This document shows positions 61,201 to 64,000 of a stretch of 64,000 nt of DNA, one piece after another. The notes beneath the pieces were generated by a model, which saw nothing but the letters and a program-made list of their open reading frames with translations, searched no databases and was not told where the DNA came from. Source of the DNA: the human T2T-CHM13v2.0 reference genome, Homo sapiens; NCBI RefSeq assembly GCF_009914755.1, contig NC_060934.1; one strand, given 5' to 3'. A program made the position numbers and the translations under genes. Within the stretch, counting starts at the first letter, position 1. The number at the start of each line of letters is the position of its first letter.

Positions 61201-62157
61201 CATTAGAATAGCTAAAATCCAAAACACCAACAGCACCAATGCTGGCAAGAATGTGGAATAACTGGAAATACAATTTACTTCTGGTGAAAATGTAAAATGG
61301 TACAGTCACTTTGGAAGACAATTTGGCAATATCTTACAAAACTAAACATACTCTTACCATATGATCATGCTTTTTAGTATTTACCCAAATGAATTAAAAC
61401 ATCTGCACAGAACCCTGCAATTAAATGCATACAGCAGCTTTACTCATAATTGCCTAACTTGCAAGCAATGAAGATGTCTTTCAATAAGTGAATGGATAAA
61501 CTGTGGCACATTCATACAATGGGATATTACTCTATTCTATAGGAGGAGGAGTGGCAAATACTGTAGGTATCACAACCAGACCCCTTGTATCCCTTTACCA
61601 TTTTGATGCACTCTGGCTGCCTCTCAGTATCACATAGAGAGCTTGAGGTGTCTGGGAAATCCCTAAATAAATAAGTTATCAAGCCATAAAAAGACCTGGA
61701 GAACCGAAATCCTTATTGCTAAGTGAAGAAGCCAATCTGAAAAGACTTTATACTGTATGATTCTAACTAAATTATATTCTGGGAAAGGCATATCTTTAGT
61801 GACAATAAAAAGATCAGTGGTTGACGAGAGTTTGGAGGAAGGGAGGAACGAGTATGTAGAGCACAGAGGATTTTTAGGTGGTGAAAGAATTCGGTATGAT
61901 ATTATGGGAGATAATGTCATTACACGTTTGGCAAAACCTGTAGAATGTACACCACCAAGAGTGAACGCTATGTAAACTATGGACTTTGGGTCATAATATG
62001 TATCAATCTTTAGTAACTGTAACAAATGTACCACACAGGGACATTGGCTGGGGAGGCTGTGGGTGTGTGTGGAGAGATATATATGGGAACTCTCTGTACT
62101 TTGCTCAATTTTGCTGTGAACGTAAAATTGCTCTTAAAACGTTTATTTGAAAAAAAA
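58215..62157 (+). mobile_element. Old, internally deleted L1 (L1MC-like): 5' region, ORF2 pieces and 3' end, with small nested inserts
   Basis: ORF2 motifs (caatagatgcagaaaaagcatttgac; ttgcagatgacatgattgtcta = ADD RT motif; aaacagacacctcaccaaagaaga); L1MC-like 3' end to the A tail at ~62150. Confidence 0.75.
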
Positions 62158-62484
62158 TGATGTTGCTATTTCAGATAGGGTGGTCTGGGTAAGTCTGGCT
62201 AAGAAAGTGTCATTTGAGTCTTAGATGAAGTTTAGCTATATCTGAGGGAAGGGCATTTTGGGTAAAACAGCTGATTTTTAAGGAAAAATGAGGCCTGTGT
62301 GGCTGGAGTGAGGAAAAGCAAGTTGGTAAAGAGTAGAGATAAAGTCAGAGAGATGGGGAAGAGAAAAGCAGATCATGAGGCTTTGTGTGTCACGCTAAGG
62401 ATTTTAGCTTTTATCCTGAATGAAGTGAATAAATGTAGCTCTGCCACTACTAGATCTGTGACCTGAGGCAAGTTATTTTACCTC

Positions 62485-64000
62485 ATTTTTTCACATATCT
62501 GTTGGCCATTTGTATGTCTTCTTTTGAGAAATGTCTATTAAGATCTTTTGCCCATTTTTAAATTGGAGTATTAGTATTTGCTATTGAGTTGTTTGAGTTC
62601 CTTATATATCCCGGTTATTAATCCTCTGTTGGATTAATAGTTTGCAAATATTTTCTCTCATTCTCTAGGTTATCTCTTCACTTTGTCGATTGTTTCCATG
62701 GCTGTGCAGAAGCTTTTTAGCTTGAGGTAATCCCATTTGTCAGTTTTTGCTTTGGTTGCCTGTGCTTTTGAGGCCTTATGAAATCTTTGCCCAGATCAAT
62801 GGCCTGAAGTGTTTTCCCAATGTTTTCTTCTAGTAGCTGCAGGTCATATATTTACGTCTTTAATCCATGTTGAGTTGATTTTTGTATACAGTGAGAGAGA
62901 TAAGTCTATTTCATTCTGCAAATGGATATCATTTTCCCAGCATGATTTATTGAAGAGACTATCATTTCTTCAATATATGTTGGTGCCTTTGTCAAAAATG
63001 AGTTGACTGTAAATGTAAGGATTTATTTCTGAGTTCTCTATGCTGTTCCATTGGTCTATGTGTCTGTTTTTATGCCAGTACCATGCTGTTTTGGTAGTAT
63101 ATTTTGAGTTCAGATATTGTGATGTCTCTAGGTTTGTTCTTTTTGCTCAGGGTTGCTTTGGCTATTCTGTTTGTTTTTTATGATTCCATACAAATTTTAG
63201 GAATTTTTCCCTATTTCTGTGAAGAATGTCATTGGTATTTTAATAGTGATTGCATTGAATGTATAGATCACTTTGAGTAGTATGGACATTTTAACAATAT
63301 TAATTCTTCCAATCCATGAACACAGGATATATCTCCTTTTTGTATGTGTGTGTCCTTATCAATTTCTTTCAATAGTGTTTTATAGTTTTCGTTGTAGAGA
63401 GCTTTCATTTCTTTGGTTAAGTTTGTTTCTAGGTGTGGTTTTTTTGTAGTTGTTAGAAATGGGATTGCTCTCCTGATTTCCTTTTCAGTTCATTTGCTCT
63501 TGGCATATAGAAATGCTACTGATTTTTTTTTCCAAGTGCACAACTAACATTGTAGCTCCTGATTTTTGTATGTTGATTTTGTATCTTGTAACTCTACTGG
63601 TTTATCAGTTCTAGTAATGTTTTGGCAGAGTCTTTAGTTTTTTCTAAATGTAAGATCAAGTCATCTGCAAACACGGACAATTTGACATCTTCCTTTCTAA
63701 TTTGGATTCCCTTTACTTCTTTGTCTTCCAGTAGGAATGGACTCTGGATGGGACTTCCAGTACTATGTTAAATAAAAGTGTTGAATATGGGCATCCTCGT
63801 TGCGTTCCAGATCTTAGAGGGAAGGTTTTCAATTTTTCACCATTCGATATATATGCTATTCAATATGCTAGCTGTGGGTGTGTCGTATATGGCCTTTATT
63901 ATGTTCCTTCTATACCCAGTTTGTTGAGAGTTTTTACAATGAATGGGATGTTGGGTTTTATCAAATGCCTTTCCAGCATCTATCGAAATGATCATATTTT
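62485..64000 (-). mobile_element. L1 (L1MA/PB-like) ORF2 fragment, runs off the window
   Basis: ttggccatttgtatgtcttcttttgagaaatgtcta...gtcatctgcaaac (antisense of the RT ADD motif). Confidence 0.85.

Overview
This is human genomic DNA (an AluYa5 with all five diagnostic positions and a MIR548E hairpin are present). It covers the whole coding region of SHOC2, the leucine-rich-repeat scaffold of the SHOC2-MRAS-PP1C holophosphatase, on the + strand. Eight coding exons (156-858, 21437-21574, 36228-36358, 40420-40608, 43345-43467, 45062-45199, 45527-45644, 47423-47631) have GT-AG boundaries and join into 1749 nt, or 582 aa plus stop. A ~1.85 kb 3'UTR follows (probable end ~49480), then ~14.5 kb of repeat-rich downstream DNA. 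Introns are full of Alu, L1, MIR/L2, MaLR and MER elements; most ORFs in the supplied track are repeat-derived noise. I see no convincing new multi-gene system. The most unusual structures are: (1) a ~275-bp degenerate genomic copy of exon 3 plus its donor intron, ~760 bp upstream of the real exon, that could act as a poison exon or decoy; (2) an LTR12C/ERV9 fragment that looks like an L1-made processed retrocopy (5'-truncated U3-R, poly(A), TSD, no U5), sense in intron 3, with promoter motifs and a poly(A) signal; (3) a tailless retroposed 5' half of tRNA-Cys with a TSD; (4) a uORF-dense 5'UTR with a possible bypass splice acceptor; (5) a young AluYa5. Repeat subfamily calls and boundaries are by eye and approximate.
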